Counted from the first letter of the stretch, positions 24,926 to 37,714 are shown. The stretch is DNA of 64,000 nt from Escherichia coli (GCF_045037415.1 NZ_CP173438.1), one strand, 5' to 3'. Numbers and translations are program-made. The notes: generated from the sequence alone by a model not told the origin.

Positions 24926-27900
24926 TGTCGCCGAGACACTAGATCCTTTGCGCTTGCCCTTACAGGGCGAGCGCCTGATTGAAGCCTCTGCCGGCACAGG
25001 CAAAACCTTTACGATTGCGGCGCTCTATTTGCGCCTGTTACTTGGACTAGGCGGTTCGGCCGCCTTTCCCCGCCCGCTGACCGTTGAAGAACTGCTGGTG
25101 GTGACCTTTACCGAGGCTGCCACGGCAGAATTGCGTGGTCGTATCCGTAGCAATATCCACGAGTTGCGCATCGCCTGTCTGCGTGAAACCACCGACAATC
25201 CACTGTACAAACGCCTGCTGGAAGAGATCGACGATAAAGCGCAAGCCGCGCAGTGGTTGTTGTTAGCCGAGCGGCAGATGGATGAAGCGGCAGTCTTTAC
25301 TATCCACGGCTTTTGCCAGCGCATGCTCAACCTGAATGCCTTTGAATCCGGCATGCTGTTTGAGCAGCAGCTGATTGAAGATGAGTCTCTGCTACGCTAC
25401 CAGGCCTGCGCCGATTTCTGGCGTCGCCACTGCTACCCGCTGCCGCGTGAAATTGCCCAGGTCGTCTTTGAAACCTGGAAAGGGCCGCAGGCGTTGCTGC
25501 GCGATATTAATCGTTATCTGCAAGGCGAAGCGCCAGTTATCAAAGCACCGCCCCCCGATGATGAAACGCTGGCTTCCCGCCACGCGCAAATTGTGGCGCG
25601 TATTGATGCCGTAAAACAGCAGTGGCGCGACGCAGTGGGTGAACTGGATGCGCTGATCGAATCTTCTGGTATTGATCGACGCAAGTTTAACCGTAGCAAT
25701 CAGGCTAAATGGATCGAGAAGATCAGCGCCTGGGCAGAAGAAGAGACCAATAGCTATCAGTTGCCGGAGTCGCTGGAAAAATTCTCTCAGCGTTTCTTAG
25801 AAGATCGCACGAAAGCCGGGGGGGAAACCCCGCGACATCCACTGTTTGAGGCGATCGATCAACTGCTTGCAGAACCATTGTCGATCCGCGATCTGGTGAT
25901 CACCCGCGCATTGGCTGAGATCCGCGAAACAGTAGCGCGTGAAAAACGCCGCCGTGGCGAATTGGGTTTTGATGACATGTTAAGTCGGCTCGATTCCGCG
26001 CTGCGTAGTGAAAGCGGCGAGGTATTGGCAGCGGCGATCCGTACGCGATTCCCGGTGGCAATGATCGATGAATTTCAGGATACCGACCCCCAGCAGTACC
26101 GAATTTTTCGCCGTATCTGGCACCATCAGCCGGAAACCGCATTGTTGCTGATTGGCGACCCGAAACAGGCCATATATGCATTCCGGGGTGCGGATATCTT
26201 CACTTATATGAAGGCGCGTAGCGAAGTTCATGCTCACTACACCTTAGATACCAACTGGCGTTCCGCACCGGGAATGGTGAACAGCGTTAACAAACTTTTC
26301 AGCCAGACTGATGACGCGTTCATGTTTCGTGAAATACCGTTTATTCCTGTGAAATCTGCCGGGAAAAATCAGGCGTTACGCTTTGTGTTTAAAGGTGAAA
26401 TGCAGCCTGCGATGAAAATGTGGCTGATGGAAGGCGAAAGCTGCGGCGTTGGCGACTATCAAAGTACCATGGCGCAGGTATGTGCTGCGCAAATCCGCGA
26501 CTGGCTACAAGCCGGACAGCGGGGCGAAGCGTTGCTGATGAACGGCGACGATGCGCGTCCGGTGCGTGCTTCGGACATCAGTGTGCTGGTGCGCAGCCGC
26601 CAGGAGGCCGCTCAGGTGCGCGATGCCTTAACGCTGCTGGAAATCCCTTCCGTTTACCTTTCGAACCGCGACAGTGTTTTTGAAACTCTGGAAGCACAGG
26701 AGATGCTTTGGCTGTTGCAGGCGGTGATGACGCCCGAACGTGAGAACACCCTGCGCAGTGCGCTGGCAACGTCAATGATGGGGCTGAATGCGCTGGATAT
26801 TGAAACGCTGAATAATGACGAACATGCGTGGGATGCGGTAGTCGAAGAGTTCGATGGTTATCGGCAAATCTGGCGCAAACGTGGCGTTATGCCGATGCTG
26901 CGGGCGCTGATGTCGGCGCGTAACATTGCAGAAAACTTGCTGGCAACGGCAGGCGGTGAGCGGCGTCTTACCGATATCTTGCATATCAGCGAACTGCTAC
27001 AAGAAGCCGGAACGCAGCTGGAAAGTGAACATGCGCTGGTACGCTGGTTATCGCAACATATCCTCGAGCCAGACAGTAATGCCTCCAGCCAACAAATGCG
27101 CCTCGAAAGTGATAAACATCTGGTGCAGATTGTCACGATACACAAATCAAAAGGGCTGGAATATCCGCTGGTCTGGTTGCCATTTATTACCAATTTCCGC
27201 GTCCAGGATCAGGCGTTTTATCACGATCGCCACTCGTTTGAGGCCGTTCTGGATCTTAATGCTGCGCCAGAAAGCGTCGACCTCGCGGAGGCCGAACGTC
27301 TGGCGGAAGATCTGCGTTTACTTTACGTGGCGCTGACGCGTTCGGTTTGGCATTGCAGTCTCGGCGTTGCACCGCTGGTGCGCCGTCGTGGCGATAAAAA
27401 AGGTGATACCGACGTCCACCAAAGTGCGCTCGGGCGTTTGCTGCAAAAAGGAGAACCGCAAGATGTGGCAGGGCTTCGTACCTGCATTGAAGCGTTGTGC
27501 GATGATGATATTGCCTGGCAAACGGCACAAATTGGTGATAACCAGCCCTGGCAGGTTAATGATGCATTAACTGCAGAACTGAATGCGAGGACGCTACAAC
27601 GATTGCCCGGCGATAACTGGCGTGTCACCAGCTACTCCGGTTTGCAGCAGCGTGGTCACGGTATCGCTCAGGATCTGATGCCACGGTTGGATGTTGATGC
27701 CGCAGGCGTGGTCAGCGTCGTTGAAGTACCGACGTTAACACCGCATCAGTTCCCGCGCGGTGCGTCACCGGGGACATTCTTGCACAGTTTGTTTGAAGAC
27801 CTCGATTTTACCCAGCCGGTTGACCCGAACTGGGTACAGGAAAAACTGGAGCTCGGTGGCTTTGAACCGCAGTGGGAACCGGTGTTGACTGAGTGGATCA

Positions 27901-28460
27901 CGGCTGTCCTCCTGGCACCTCTCAATGAAACGGGTATTAGCCTGAGTCAGCTTTCCGATCGCGATAAACAGGTGGAGATGGAGTTTTACCTGCCAATTAG
28001 CGAACCGCTCATCGCCAGCCAGCTTGATGCACTAATTCGCCAGTTTGACCCGCTATCTGCTGGCTGCCCGCCGCTGGAGTTCATGCAGGTACGTGGCATG
28101 TTAAAAGGCTTTATCGATCTGGTGTTCCGCCACGAAGGGCGTTATTACCTGCTCGACTATAAATCCAACTGGTTGGGTGAAGACAGTTCGGCTTACACCC
28201 AACAGGCTATGGCAGCGGCAATGCAGGCACACCGCTATGATCTGCAATATCAGCTTTATACCCTGGCGCTGCACCGTTATCTGCGCCATCGTATTGCTGA
28301 TTACGACTATGAGCGCCACTTTGGCGGCGTTATTTATCTGTTCCTGCGTGGCGTTGATAAAGAACATCCGCAACAAGGGATCTACGCGACCCGACCCAAC
28401 GCCGGGTTGATTGACCTGATGGATGAGATGTTTGCCGGTATGACCCTGGAGGAGGCGTAA
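24918..28460 (+). CDS. recB: Exodeoxyribonuclease V beta subunit RecB
   Basis: Starts [30 protein letters not shown] (Walker A); 8-nt overlap with the ptrA stop. Confidence 0.95.
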   Translation: MSDVAETLDPLRLPLQGERLIEASAGTGKTFTIAALYLRLLLGLGGSAAFPRPLTVEELLVVTFTEAATAELRGRIRSNIHELRIACLRETTDNPLYKRLLEEIDDKAQAAQWLLLAERQMDEAAVFTIHGFCQRMLNLNAFESGMLFEQQLIEDESLLRYQACADFWRRHCYPLPREIAQVVFETWKGPQALLRDINRYLQGEAPVIKAPPPDDETLASRHAQIVARIDAVKQQWRDAVGELDALIESSGIDRRKFNRSNQAKWIEKISAWAEEETNSYQLPESLEKFSQRFLEDRTKAGGETPRHPLFEAIDQLLAEPLSIRDLVITRALAEIRETVAREKRRRGELGFDDMLSRLDSALRSESGEVLAAAIRTRFPVAMIDEFQDTDPQQYRIFRRIWHHQPETALLLIGDPKQAIYAFRGADIFTYMKARSEVHAHYTLDTNWRSAPGMVNSVNKLFSQTDDAFMFREIPFIPVKSAGKNQALRFVFKGEMQPAMKMWLMEGESCGVGDYQSTMAQVCAAQIRDWLQAGQRGEALLMNGDDARPVRASDISVLVRSRQEAAQVRDALTLLEIPSVYLSNRDSVFETLEAQEMLWLLQAVMTPERENTLRSALATSMMGLNALDIETLNNDEHAWDAVVEEFDGYRQIWRKRGVMPMLRALMSARNIAENLLATAGGERRLTDILHISELLQEAGTQLESEHALVRWLSQHILEPDSNASSQQMRLESDKHLVQIVTIHKSKGLEYPLVWLPFITNFRVQDQAFYHDRHSFEAVLDLNAAPESVDLAEAERLAEDLRLLYVALTRSVWHCSLGVAPLVRRRGDKKGDTDVHQSALGRLLQKGEPQDVAGLRTCIEALCDDDIAWQTAQIGDNQPWQVNDALTAELNARTLQRLPGDNWRVTSYSGLQQRGHGIAQDLMPRLDVDAAGVVSVVEVPTLTPHQFPRGASPGTFLHSLFEDLDFTQPVDPNWVQEKLELGGFEPQWEPVLTEWITAVLLAPLNETGISLSQLSDRDKQVEMEFYLPISEPLIASQLDALIRQFDPLSAGCPPLEFMQVRGMLKGFIDLVFRHEGRYYLLDYKSNWLGEDSSAYTQQAMAAAMQAHRYDLQYQLYTLALHRYLRHRIADYDYERHFGGVIYLFLRGVDKEHPQQGIYATRPNAGLIDLMDEMFAGMTLEEA

Positions 28461-30286
28461 TGAAATTGCAAAAGCAATTACTGGAAGCTGTGGAGCACAA
28501 ACAGCTACGCCCGCTGGACGTGCAGTTTGCCCTGACCGTGGCGGGAGATGAACATCCTGCCGTCACCCTCGCGGCGGCACTATTAAGTCATGATGCCGGA
28601 GAGGGACACGTTTGTTTGCCGCTTTCACGACTGGAAAATAACGAGGCGTCGCATCCGCTGTTGGCGACCTGTGTCAGTGAAATCGGTGAGCTACAAAATT
28701 GGGAAGAATGCTTGCTGGCTTCACAAGCGGTCAGCCGGGGAGATGAACCAACGCCGATGATCCTCTGTGGCGATCGTCTTTATTTGAATCGCATGTGGTG
28801 TAACGAGCGCACAGTGGCACGTTTTTTCAACGAAGTGAATCATGCCATTGAGGTTGATGAAGCTCTACTGGCGCAAACCCTGGACAAACTTTTTCCAGTA
28901 AGCGATGAAATTAACTGGCAAAAAGTTGCGGCGGCAGTGGCGCTGACGCGGCGGATTTCGGTGATTTCCGGCGGTCCTGGCACCGGTAAAACGACCACCG
29001 TAGCGAAGTTGCTGGCAGCCTTAATTCAAATGGCCGACGGAGAACGCTGCCGTATCCGTCTGGCTGCACCAACGGGTAAAGCTGCCGCGCGCTTAACCGA
29101 ATCTCTCGGCAAGGCTTTGCGACAGTTACCGCTGACCGCTGAACAAAAGAAACGCATTCCGGAAGATGCCAGCACTTTGCACCGATTGCTGGGCGCGCAG
29201 CCGGGTAGCCAGCGTTTACGTCATCATGCCGGTAACCCGCTGCATCTTGATGTGCTGGTGGTAGATGAAGCGTCAATGATCGATCTTCCTATGATGTCGA
29301 GACTGATCGACGCCTTGCCCGATCATGCGCGAGTGATCTTTCTCGGCGATCGTGATCAACTGGCCTCGGTTGAGGCTGGGGCTGTGCTGGGCGATATCTG
29401 CGCTTATGCCAACGCGGGCTTTACCGCCGAGCGTGCCGGGCAGTTGAGCCGCCTGACGGGAAGCCACGTTCCAGCAGGAACTGGCACAGAAGCGGCATCT
29501 TTGCGCGACAGCCTCTGCCTGCTGCAAAAAAGCTATCGTTTCGGCAGCGATTCTGGCATTGGTCAGTTAGCTGCGGCGATTAACCGAGGTGATAAAACGG
29601 CAGTGAAAACCGTTTTTCAGCAGGATTTTACTGATATCGAAAAACGGCTTTTACAGAGTGGCGAAGATTATATTGCGATGCTTGAGGAAGTTCTTGCGGG
29701 TTACGGACGTTATCTGGATCTGCTGCAAGCGCGTGCCGAGCCGGATTTAATCATTCAGGCGTTCAATGAGTACCAGCTTTTGTGCGCCCTGCGGGAAGGA
29801 CCGTTTGGCGTGGCTGGATTGAATGAGCGAATTGAGCAATTTATGCAACAGAAGCGCAAAATTCATCGTCATCCGCACTCTCGTTGGTACGAAGGTCGAC
29901 CAGTGATGATTGCCCGTAATGACAGCGCGCTTGGGTTGTTTAATGGCGATATTGGTATTGCGCTGGATCGCGGGCAGGGGACGCGCGTCTGGTTTGCGAT
30001 GCCGGACGGCAATATTAAGTCTGTGCAACCGAGTCGCCTGCCAGAGCACGAAACGACGTGGGCGATGACGGTACATAAATCGCAGGGATCGGAGTTCGAC
30101 CATGCGGCGTTGATTTTACCGAGTCAACGCACGCCGGTAGTAACGCGAGAGCTGGTTTACACCGCGGTGACCCGCGCGCGTCGCCGTCTGTCGCTGTATG
30201 CCGATGAGCGCATTTTAAGTGCGGCAATTGCCACGCGCACCGAGCGGCGCAGTGGTCTGGCGGCGTTGTTTAGTTCACGGGGATAA
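28460..30286 (+). CDS. recD: Exodeoxyribonuclease V alpha subunit RecD
   Basis: 608-aa ORF with Walker [11 protein letters not shown]; start overlaps the recB stop (TAATG). Confidence 0.95.
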   Translation: MKLQKQLLEAVEHKQLRPLDVQFALTVAGDEHPAVTLAAALLSHDAGEGHVCLPLSRLENNEASHPLLATCVSEIGELQNWEECLLASQAVSRGDEPTPMILCGDRLYLNRMWCNERTVARFFNEVNHAIEVDEALLAQTLDKLFPVSDEINWQKVAAAVALTRRISVISGGPGTGKTTTVAKLLAALIQMADGERCRIRLAAPTGKAAARLTESLGKALRQLPLTAEQKKRIPEDASTLHRLLGAQPGSQRLRHHAGNPLHLDVLVVDEASMIDLPMMSRLIDALPDHARVIFLGDRDQLASVEAGAVLGDICAYANAGFTAERAGQLSRLTGSHVPAGTGTEAASLRDSLCLLQKSYRFGSDSGIGQLAAAINRGDKTAVKTVFQQDFTDIEKRLLQSGEDYIAMLEEVLAGYGRYLDLLQARAEPDLIIQAFNEYQLLCALREGPFGVAGLNERIEQFMQQKRKIHRHPHSRWYEGRPVMIARNDSALGLFNGDIGIALDRGQGTRVWFAMPDGNIKSVQPSRLPEHETTWAMTVHKSQGSEFDHAALILPSQRTPVVTRELVYTAVTRARRRLSLYADERILSAAIATRTERRSGLAALFSSRG

Positions 30287-30294
30287 ACGTAATT

Positions 30295-30362
30295 GCCTGA
30301 TGCGACGCATGTGGGTCTTATCATACCTATGAATGTTGTGCATGTCGCATCCGGCGATTTGC
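30295..30362. repeat. REP-like palindromic element after recD
   Basis: GCCTGATGCGACGC...GTCGCATCCGGCG inverted repeat resembling the REP consensus. Confidence 0.5.
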
Positions 30363-30367
30363 ATCGC

Positions 30368-31699
30368 TTAACCCAAATCCGCCATCAACACTTTGGATTT
30401 ACGCTGGTAGTTGTACAACTGCTTTTTGCTCTCGGGTAGTAAATCAATATCCACTGGGGTAAATCCACGTTCCTGGAACCAGTGAATACTGCGCGTGGTC
30501 AGCACAAACAATTTGCTTAAGCCGCTCTGCTTCGCCTGAGCGGCAATGCGTTCCAGCAGAACCTCGCCCCGTGATGAACTGCGGTAATCCGGGTGAACTG
30601 CCACACAGGCCATTTCCCCAATCTTCTCTTCCGGGAACGGATAGAGCGCGGCGCAGGCAATAGTCGTGTTATCGCGCTGAATAATGGTGAATTTGTCGAT
30701 TTCCATCTCCAGCTGCTCGCGAGAACGGCGTACCAGAATACCTTGTTGCTCCAGCGGGCGAATCAACTCCAGAATACCGCCAATATCGTTGATTGTTGCG
30801 CGACGAATCTGCTCGGCGCTTTCCATCACAATCTGCGTACCGATACCGTCGCGTGAGAACAACTCTTGCAATAGCGCGCCATCTTCCTGATAACTGATTA
30901 AATGACAGCGACGCACGCCGCTGCGGCAGGCTTTCACTGCGCCACGCAAAAAGCGCACCGTACCGGAGTTGTAATCGCCTTTCTCTTCCTGGGCTTCTAC
31001 CCGCGTTTGCGCTTCGTTAGGGAAAAGTTCGGAGACAATATCACCGTCGTCATTAGTGACGCCCTGGGAAGAGCAAAAACCAATCATTTTTTCAGCTTTC
31101 AGTTTGATGGCCAGTTGAGTGGCAATCTCTTCCGAGGTCAGATTAAAGCTCTCGCCAGTGACCGAAACAGCGACCGGCCCCATTAGCACTATTGCACCGC
31201 TGTCCAGTTGACGATGGATCGCGTCTTCATCAATCCGCCGGATACGCCCGCTATGACAGTAATCCACGCCGTCATCGACGCCCAGCGGCTGGGCAATAAT
31301 AAAATTACCACTGACGACGTTGATATGCGCGCCCTGCAGCGGTGTGTTATTGAGACTCATCGACAGGCGAGCAGTAATATCCAGTTGCAATGTTCCCGCA
31401 GCCTGCTTCACCAGTTCCAGTGTTTTGGCGTCGGTCACACGTATATTCTTGTGATACAGCGGTTCGTGGTGATGTGCAGCCAGATTTGCGTCGATCTGCG
31501 GACGTGCGCCATAGACCACCACCAGACGGATGCCGAGGCTGTGCAACAACCCGATATCATTAACGATACTGGAGAAATTCTCATGCTCAATGGCTTCACC
31601 GCCGAGCATGATGACAAACGTTTTTCCCCGGTGGGTATTGATATAGGGAACCGAATGGCGGAATCCCTCGACCAGCTCGGTTTTACGTTCCTTTACCAC
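30368..31699 (-). CDS. argA: N-acetylglutamate synthase
   Basis: 443-aa ORF with amino-acid kinase fold plus C-terminal GNAT domain. Confidence 0.9.
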   Translation of the reverse strand: MVKERKTELVEGFRHSVPYINTHRGKTFVIMLGGEAIEHENFSSIVNDIGLLHSLGIRLVVVYGARPQIDANLAAHHHEPLYHKNIRVTDAKTLELVKQAAGTLQLDITARLSMSLNNTPLQGAHINVVSGNFIIAQPLGVDDGVDYCHSGRIRRIDEDAIHRQLDSGAIVLMGPVAVSVTGESFNLTSEEIATQLAIKLKAEKMIGFCSSQGVTNDDGDIVSELFPNEAQTRVEAQEEKGDYNSGTVRFLRGAVKACRSGVRRCHLISYQEDGALLQELFSRDGIGTQIVMESAEQIRRATINDIGGILELIRPLEQQGILVRRSREQLEMEIDKFTIIQRDNTTIACAALYPFPEEKIGEMACVAVHPDYRSSSRGEVLLERIAAQAKQSGLSKLFVLTTRSIHWFQERGFTPVDIDLLPESKKQLYNYQRKSKVLMADLG

Positions 31700-31930
31700 G
31701 GTACACCTCTTTGCATGATTATTCTAAATTATTGTATTTTTATTCTGTTTTTTCGCAGGGTGCAAGTGTAAATTTTATGCGGGAGCGAGTTTTTTATCAG
31801 TAATACCGTGAATATAAAAAGAATGTTTACCGTTTTATAGATGACAGATTATGCGTCTTTCGCTAAAGTTTCCGGTCAAATTGGTCGTTTACTTGTTACA
31901 CAGCTTAGATTTCTTTTGCTCGGGAGAGGC

Positions 31931-33184
31931 ATGTCAGGATCCAACACTGCAATCAGCCGTCGTCGTTTACTGCAAGGCGCGGGTGCCATGTGGCTATTGA
32001 GCGTAAGTCAGGTCAGCCTGGCTGCGGTCAGCCAGGTCGTGGCGGTGCGCGTCTGGCCTGCGTCCAGCTACACCCGCGTGACGGTAGAATCAAATCGTCA
32101 GCTGAAATATAAGCAGTTCGCGTTGAGTAATCCTGAACGCGTGGTGGTGGATATCGAAGATGTAAACCTGAACTCAGTGCTCAAGGGGATGGCTGCGCAA
32201 ATCCGCGCTGACGACCCGTTCATCAAGTCGGCGCGCGTCGGGCAATTTGACCCGCAAACCGTACGTATGGTTTTTGAATTAAAGCAAAACGTAAAACCGC
32301 AGCTGTTTGCCCTTGCGCCGGTCGCCGGGTTTAAAGAGCGTCTGGTGATGGACCTCTATCCGGCCAATGCACAGGATATGCAGGACCCGCTGCTGGCGCT
32401 GCTGGAGGATTACAACAAAGGCGACCTCGAAAAGCAGGTGCCGCCAGCACAAAGTGGTCCACAACCGGGTAAAGCAGGGCGGGATCGTCCGATTGTCATT
32501 ATGCTTGACCCTGGCCACGGTGGCGAAGACTCCGGTGCGGTGGGGAAATACAAAACACGCGAAAAAGACGTGGTATTGCAAATAGCTCGCCGTCTGCGCT
32601 CTCTGATCGAGAAAGAGGGCAATATGAAGGTGTACATGACGCGCAATGAAGACATCTTCATTCCGTTGCAAGTGCGCGTAGCAAAAGCCCAGAAACAGCG
32701 CGCTGACTTGTTTGTTTCTATCCATGCCGACGCCTTTACCAGTCGCCAGCCGAGCGGTTCCTCGGTGTTTGCGCTCTCAACCAAAGGCGCAACCAGTACT
32801 GCGGCAAAATATCTGGCACAAACCCAGAACGCCTCGGACTTGATTGGTGGCGTAAGCAAAAGCGGTGACCGCTATGTCGACCACACCATGTTCGATATGG
32901 TGCAGTCGCTGACCATTGCCGACAGCCTTAAGTTTGGTAAAGCGGTGCTGAATAAGCTCGGTAAAATCAACAAGCTGCATAAAAATCAAGTTGAACAGGC
33001 TGGGTTTGCCGTACTAAAGGCACCAGATATTCCCTCCATTCTGGTCGAAACGGCGTTTATCAGTAACGTTGAGGAAGAGCGTAAACTGAAAACGGCGACT
33101 TTCCAGCAGGAAGTTGCGGAGTCTATTCTTGCGGGAATTAAAGCGTATTTTGCCGATGGGGCGACGCTGGCGAGAAGGGGATAA
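31931..33184 (+). CDS. amiC: N-acetylmuramoyl-L-alanine amidase AmiC (Tat-exported)
   Basis: Start chosen at [19 protein letters not shown] (twin-arginine signal), 417 aa; the ORF-track start at 31841 is an upstream extension. Confidence 0.85.
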
Positions 33185-33351
33185 TGTTTTTATTTATTCA
33201 ATGAATTTATATTTCGTCGAATAGATAACATTTACCTGAATATTAGACGCTGGTTTTGTGACTGATGTCGGATATTTGAATGTCGGCTTGAAAAATAAGC
33301 CGACCATCTCTTTAATTAAGCACAATTCCGTGTAATGTATACGCATTAGTT

Positions 33352-33386
33352 AATCATCTTGTAACTGTTAAATCAGGCAAGGCAAT
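33352..33386 (+). promoter_or_regulatory. RAT-like (ribonucleic antiterminator) element partly overlapping the leader terminator
   Basis: TCTTGTAACTGTTAAATCAGGCAAGGCAA resembles the RAT consensus as I recall it (..TTACTG.TAAAGCAGGCAAAACC); sits immediately 5' of and overlapping the terminator stem. Confidence 0.55.
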
Positions 33387-33430
33387 GTTTGAAGTAGTTA
33401 TTACTTCTGACGTGCCTTGCCTTTTTTTTT
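33374..33430 (+). terminator. Leader terminator upstream of the antiterminator/PTS operon
   Basis: Stem CAGGCAAGGCA...TGCCTTGCC followed by T9, ending about 12 nt before the GGAG RBS of the antiterminator. Confidence 0.7.
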
Positions 33431-33441
33431 GGAGCCATGGA

Positions 33442-34266
33442 ATGATCATCGAAAAAGTCATGAACAATAATTGTGTACAGGCATCGATGAATGGACAGGA
33501 GGTTATCATTTCTGGGCCTGGCGTCGGTTACAACAAAAAATATGGAATGTCGGTCCCTGAGCATCCGGCTAACCGGATTTTTTATGTCAGAAATGAACAA
33601 AAAAACAAACTCTATAAATTGATTGAACATGTAGATATTGAGTATGTGTTTGTTGCCGAAAAAATAGTGCAATATGCGGAGAAAAATCTCGAAAAAAATC
33701 TCAATCCATCGCTACTATTGATTCTTGCGGATCACATTTCGAATGCAATATCCCGAGTCGCTTCAGGTATACAAATTAATAATGTTTTCCTTGATGAAAT
33801 CAAAGCGTTGTACAAAGCAGAGTATGCGATAAGTCGCGATGCATTAACTATCATTAATGAGCAATTCAGCGTTCAACTTCCTGATGATGAGATTGGTTTT
33901 ATAGCATTGCATATTTTAAATAATTATGAAAATTCAGTTGATTATGAATCAGTACGAATTATTGAGTTGTCGCAAATAATCACGGGGCTTATTGAAGTTG
34001 TTTATAACAGAAAGGTGGACAGAAGTTCATTTAACTATTCCAGATTTATGATGCACCTTAAATATTTTTCAAGTCGCGTGTTATGCAATGAAGAAATAAA
34101 ACAGAAAGATATTGGTGATATCTATGAACAGTTTCTTGAAAAGGACATCCTGTTACAGCGCGCAATTCATGAAATTGAACGGTATCTGTATGCCACTTTT
34201 AAATATGAATTAATTTTAGAAGAAAAACTATATCTCTCTATTCGTACCAAAGTATTAATGGACTAA
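33442..34266 (+). CDS. BglG/LicT-family transcription antiterminator (CAT RNA-binding domain plus PRDs)
   Basis: Start MIIEKVMNNNCVQASMNGQEVIISGPGVGYNKK aligns with the BglG/LicT N-terminus (MKIAKVINNNVI...); the ORF-track start at 33385 lies inside the leader hairpin. Confidence 0.75.
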   Translation: MIIEKVMNNNCVQASMNGQEVIISGPGVGYNKKYGMSVPEHPANRIFYVRNEQKNKLYKLIEHVDIEYVFVAEKIVQYAEKNLEKNLNPSLLLILADHISNAISRVASGIQINNVFLDEIKALYKAEYAISRDALTIINEQFSVQLPDDEIGFIALHILNNYENSVDYESVRIIELSQIITGLIEVVYNRKVDRSSFNYSRFMMHLKYFSSRVLCNEEIKQKDIGDIYEQFLEKDILLQRAIHEIERYLYATFKYELILEEKLYLSIRTKVLMD

Positions 34267-34297
34267 TTATATATAACATTTATATGAGATAACCCAC

Positions 34298-35878
34298 ATG
34301 AAACAAAAGAAAGCCTGGAGTTTTTTTCAGAGCCTGGGGAAGGCATTTATGTATCCCATTGCTCTGCTAAGTGTATGTGGCATGATGCTAGGGCTGGGAA
34401 GTGGTTTAGCCAGTGATGATATGGCAAAGTTAATTCCATTTCTGGCTATCCCAATAATTAAAACCATACTTGATTTCATTGTTAGTCTTGGTTTGTTTGC
34501 CTTTGTTAATTTACCTGTATTGTTTGCGATAGCGATTCCCTTAGGATTATTAAAAGATAAAGAGGATAAAGCCTATGGTGCTTTTTCTGGCTTAATTGGT
34601 TTTATGGCGATGCATCTGGGAACGAACTTTTATCTTAAACAGCACGACTTATTGGTCGTTGCTGACCAAATGTCGACACATGGGCAAACCATCATTCTGG
34701 GGATCCAGTCCTACAATACCAGCGTGTTGGGGGGAATTGTTGCTGGGTTATTAGTCGCCAGCATGTATAAAAAGATCGTTAATTTACGCATTCCTGAATC
34801 GTTAGGTTTTTATAGCGGCCCACGTCTGGTGCCTATCATTACACTGATTGTGATGAGTGGATTTGGTCTGATCATTCCTTTTATCTGGCCGCCGTTTTTC
34901 AATCTTTTCATGCTCATTGGACACTGGATTTCAACTTCCGGTCCTGTTGGTTATTTCTTCTATGCAGTTGCCGAACGCGTGACGATTCCTTTTGGCTTAA
35001 ACCATCTGGTGACGTCAGTTTTCCGCTTTACGCCAATCGGCGGTTCGGCTGTGATTGGCGGCGAAGAATATTACGGCACCCTGAACATGTTTATGGCGTA
35101 CGTCAAAGAGAATGCGGTCATTCCGCTGGATTTGGCGGGGAAAATGGAGCAGGGCAAACTGATGATTCAGTATGGTCTGGCTGGTGCCGCGCTGGCGATG
35201 TATCGCACTGCTCATGCTCAAAACAGAAAGGCTATCAAAGCATTGCTTATTTCCGGGGTGCTTACGGTGATTATTGGCGGCGTCAGCGAACCGATTGAGT
35301 TTCTGTTCTTATTTGTCAGTCCACTGCTGTTTGTCTTCCATGCCTTTATGAATGGATTCGCTAACATGGTTCTGCCATATATGGGCGTGAAGATGGGATT
35401 TACTGGCGATCTGATTCAATTTATTAGCTTTGGCGTATTGCGTGGCACAAGAACAGGTTGGCCGATCGCGGTGTGTGTCGAAGTGGCCTATTTCTTCATT
35501 TATTACTTTGTGTTCCGTTGGACCATTCTTAAATTTAACCTGATGACCGTAGGCCGTGAAGAGTCCAGTCCTGTCACGCTGAACGCTCACGAAGATACGG
35601 CTATAGCGGATATCCCAACTCCTGATAAATCAGAGCTGCAAGCGGCGGAGCAGATGGTTAAGGCACTTGGTGGTAAAGAGAATATTAAGTCACTGGATAA
35701 TTGCGTAACTCGTTTACGTTTAACAATCGCAGATATGGGATTGATTGACGAAGTTGCAATAAAAATAGCTGGCGGGATTGCGGTTGTTAAACTTGATCAA
35801 AATACCCTACAAGTCATTATCGGCACTAAAGTCATCGCCCTGCGTCGGGATATGGATAACTATATGGGGATATACTGA
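34298..35878 (+). CDS. PTS glucose/glucoside-family EIICB permease
   Basis: 526-aa polytopic membrane protein with C-terminal EIIB domain and the phosphorylatable-Cys motif NCVTRLRL. Confidence 0.8.
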   Translation: MKQKKAWSFFQSLGKAFMYPIALLSVCGMMLGLGSGLASDDMAKLIPFLAIPIIKTILDFIVSLGLFAFVNLPVLFAIAIPLGLLKDKEDKAYGAFSGLIGFMAMHLGTNFYLKQHDLLVVADQMSTHGQTIILGIQSYNTSVLGGIVAGLLVASMYKKIVNLRIPESLGFYSGPRLVPIITLIVMSGFGLIIPFIWPPFFNLFMLIGHWISTSGPVGYFFYAVAERVTIPFGLNHLVTSVFRFTPIGGSAVIGGEEYYGTLNMFMAYVKENAVIPLDLAGKMEQGKLMIQYGLAGAALAMYRTAHAQNRKAIKALLISGVLTVIIGGVSEPIEFLFLFVSPLLFVFHAFMNGFANMVLPYMGVKMGFTGDLIQFISFGVLRGTRTGWPIAVCVEVAYFFIYYFVFRWTILKFNLMTVGREESSPVTLNAHEDTAIADIPTPDKSELQAAEQMVKALGGKENIKSLDNCVTRLRLTIADMGLIDEVAIKIAGGIAVVKLDQNTLQVIIGTKVIALRRDMDNYMGIY

Positions 35879-37053
35879 TGGATGTTTTTAATACTCCTGT
35901 TTCCCGCAAAGGAACATATTGTACCCAATGGGACTTTTGCGAGGACAGATTTGGTGTAAAAGATGTACTACCATTCTCTATTTCAGATATGGATCTTCCG
36001 ATACCAGACGCTATCACCAGAGCATTAAAAAAACGCCTGGAACACCCGATTTTAGGGTACAGTCGTTGGCAACATGGTGAATATCTGAATGCGATAGTAA
36101 ACTGGTATTATCAACAATATCAAACAGATATTAAACCTGAATGGATAACCTATAGCCCCAGTGTGATGTACTCTATTGCAAAAGCAATAGAGTTATTGAC
36201 ATCGCATGGTGATAATATTCTCGTTTTTACACCTGTCTATAATGCATTTTTTGATGTAATTAAACATAGCGAGCGAAATATTCTGACAGCCTCTTTGATT
36301 ATAAAAAATGAGGGGAGCTACGCTATCAACTGGCAAGATTTTGATCTTAAGATTAAAAGCGCAAAGATGGTGTTATTATGTAATCCTCATAACCCGACAG
36401 GAACAGTCTGGTCGGAAGAAGAACTGCATAAAATCGCTGCAAGCTGTACAAGGCATAATGTCTGGTTATGTTCAGATGAAATCCATAGTGATTTTGTTTT
36501 TAATCGTAGCTTTACATCCGCGCTTAAAATAAAAAAAGAAAAAGTAGTAGTATTTAACTCGATATCGAAAACATTTAATGTTCCTGCACTAACAGGATCG
36601 TATATGATTTCAACTGACGATAATTTTAATCATAAGTTCAGAACGATATCGAGGTATCGCGATTTTGTAAACTCCCCATCAGTACTGAATATAATTGCAA
36701 CTATTATTGGCTATAACGAATGTGAGGGATGGTTAAAGTCATTAAAGGCACATATTGCCTCTAACATTCAATTCACCCAGCAGTATCTGAATGAAAATAT
36801 TCCAGAATTGATCGTAAGGCCAGCTGATGGTTGCTATTTTTCCTGGATAGATTGTTCTGCTATTGGTTATCCTTTTGATGAATTCTACAGTCGATTAATT
36901 CATGAAGGCAAAGTGGGCATTATGGCGGGGCATGTCTATGGAACGGAGGGGGAGGGCTACCTTCGTCTGAACCTGGCCTGCAGTCGAGAAAAATTATATA
37001 TGGGGCTTACGCGTCTTGTGAGTGTAATTAAAAATATTAATCAGGGAGAATAA
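35878..37053 (+). CDS. PLP-dependent C-S lyase / aminotransferase class I (MalY/PatB-like)
   Basis: 391-aa ORF; class I aminotransferase-fold features; gene pair resembles malX-malY. Confidence 0.7.
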   Translation: MDVFNTPVSRKGTYCTQWDFCEDRFGVKDVLPFSISDMDLPIPDAITRALKKRLEHPILGYSRWQHGEYLNAIVNWYYQQYQTDIKPEWITYSPSVMYSIAKAIELLTSHGDNILVFTPVYNAFFDVIKHSERNILTASLIIKNEGSYAINWQDFDLKIKSAKMVLLCNPHNPTGTVWSEEELHKIAASCTRHNVWLCSDEIHSDFVFNRSFTSALKIKKEKVVVFNSISKTFNVPALTGSYMISTDDNFNHKFRTISRYRDFVNSPSVLNIIATIIGYNECEGWLKSLKAHIASNIQFTQQYLNENIPELIVRPADGCYFSWIDCSAIGYPFDEFYSRLIHEGKVGIMAGHVYGTEGEGYLRLNLACSREKLYMGLTRLVSVIKNINQGE

Positions 37054-37055
37054 AA

Positions 37056-37652
37056 ATGAATAACACGGATCTTATCCATCTCATTAAACATTTTATGCGT
37101 AACGAACATAAAGCAGTTGAAGAAGTTATTGATTCCCCTCTTTCGGAGGTCGCAAATTTAATTAAAGTATTACAATCTTGTCAGGGAAAAGTTGTTTTTA
37201 TTGGTGTTGGTAAGTCCGGTATTATTGCCAGGAAACTCGCCGCAACATTTGCCAGCACCGGAACTCCCTCGTTTTTTGTTCACGGTACGGAAGCTGTACA
37301 CGGCGACCTTGGAATGGTGGCGAAAGACGATGTTGTTATTCTTATTTCAAACAGTGGTGAGACGGCGGAAATCCTGGCGACACTGCCTAGTCTGAAAAAA
37401 ATGGGTAATTATTTGATCTCTTTTACCCGCAGTCACCACTCATCGCTTGCGATAAGTTGTGATTTATCTGTTGAAATCCCCGTCAAAAGTGAGGCGGATA
37501 ATTTAGGTTTAGCACCGTCATGCTCGTCGACTGTTGTTCTGGTTGTTGGTGATGCGGTGGCGCTTGCACTCTCTGAATTGAAAAAATTTACTCGTGCTGA
37601 TTTCGGCTTATATCATCCAGGAGGTGCACTCGGCATTAAAGCAAATTCATAA
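37056..37652 (+). CDS. SIS-domain phosphosugar isomerase/binding protein
   Basis: 198-aa ORF with VVFIGVGKSGIIARKLAATFASTG (SIS phosphosugar-binding motif). Confidence 0.7.
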   Translation: MNNTDLIHLIKHFMRNEHKAVEEVIDSPLSEVANLIKVLQSCQGKVVFIGVGKSGIIARKLAATFASTGTPSFFVHGTEAVHGDLGMVAKDDVVILISNSGETAEILATLPSLKKMGNYLISFTRSHHSSLAISCDLSVEIPVKSEADNLGLAPSCSSTVVLVVGDAVALALSELKKFTRADFGLYHPGGALGIKANS

Positions 37653-37714
37653 TTTCAAAATATAAATACAGTAACCGGTCACGCCATCTTTTGGGGTGGC
37701 GTTCTTTGAAGTGA

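Noticed and set aside
31208-31771. 187-aa plus-strand ORF
   Set aside because: Lies entirely antisense within argA; typical shadow ORF.
31841-31930. N-terminal extension of the amiC ORF ([10 protein letters not shown]...)
   Set aside because: The Tat signal peptide begins at the downstream Met (31931); the extension is probably untranslated.
33385-33441. Upstream ATG extending the antiterminator ORF
   Set aside because: This ATG sits inside the leader terminator hairpin; the BglG/LicT-like N-terminus begins at 33442 after a GGAG RBS.
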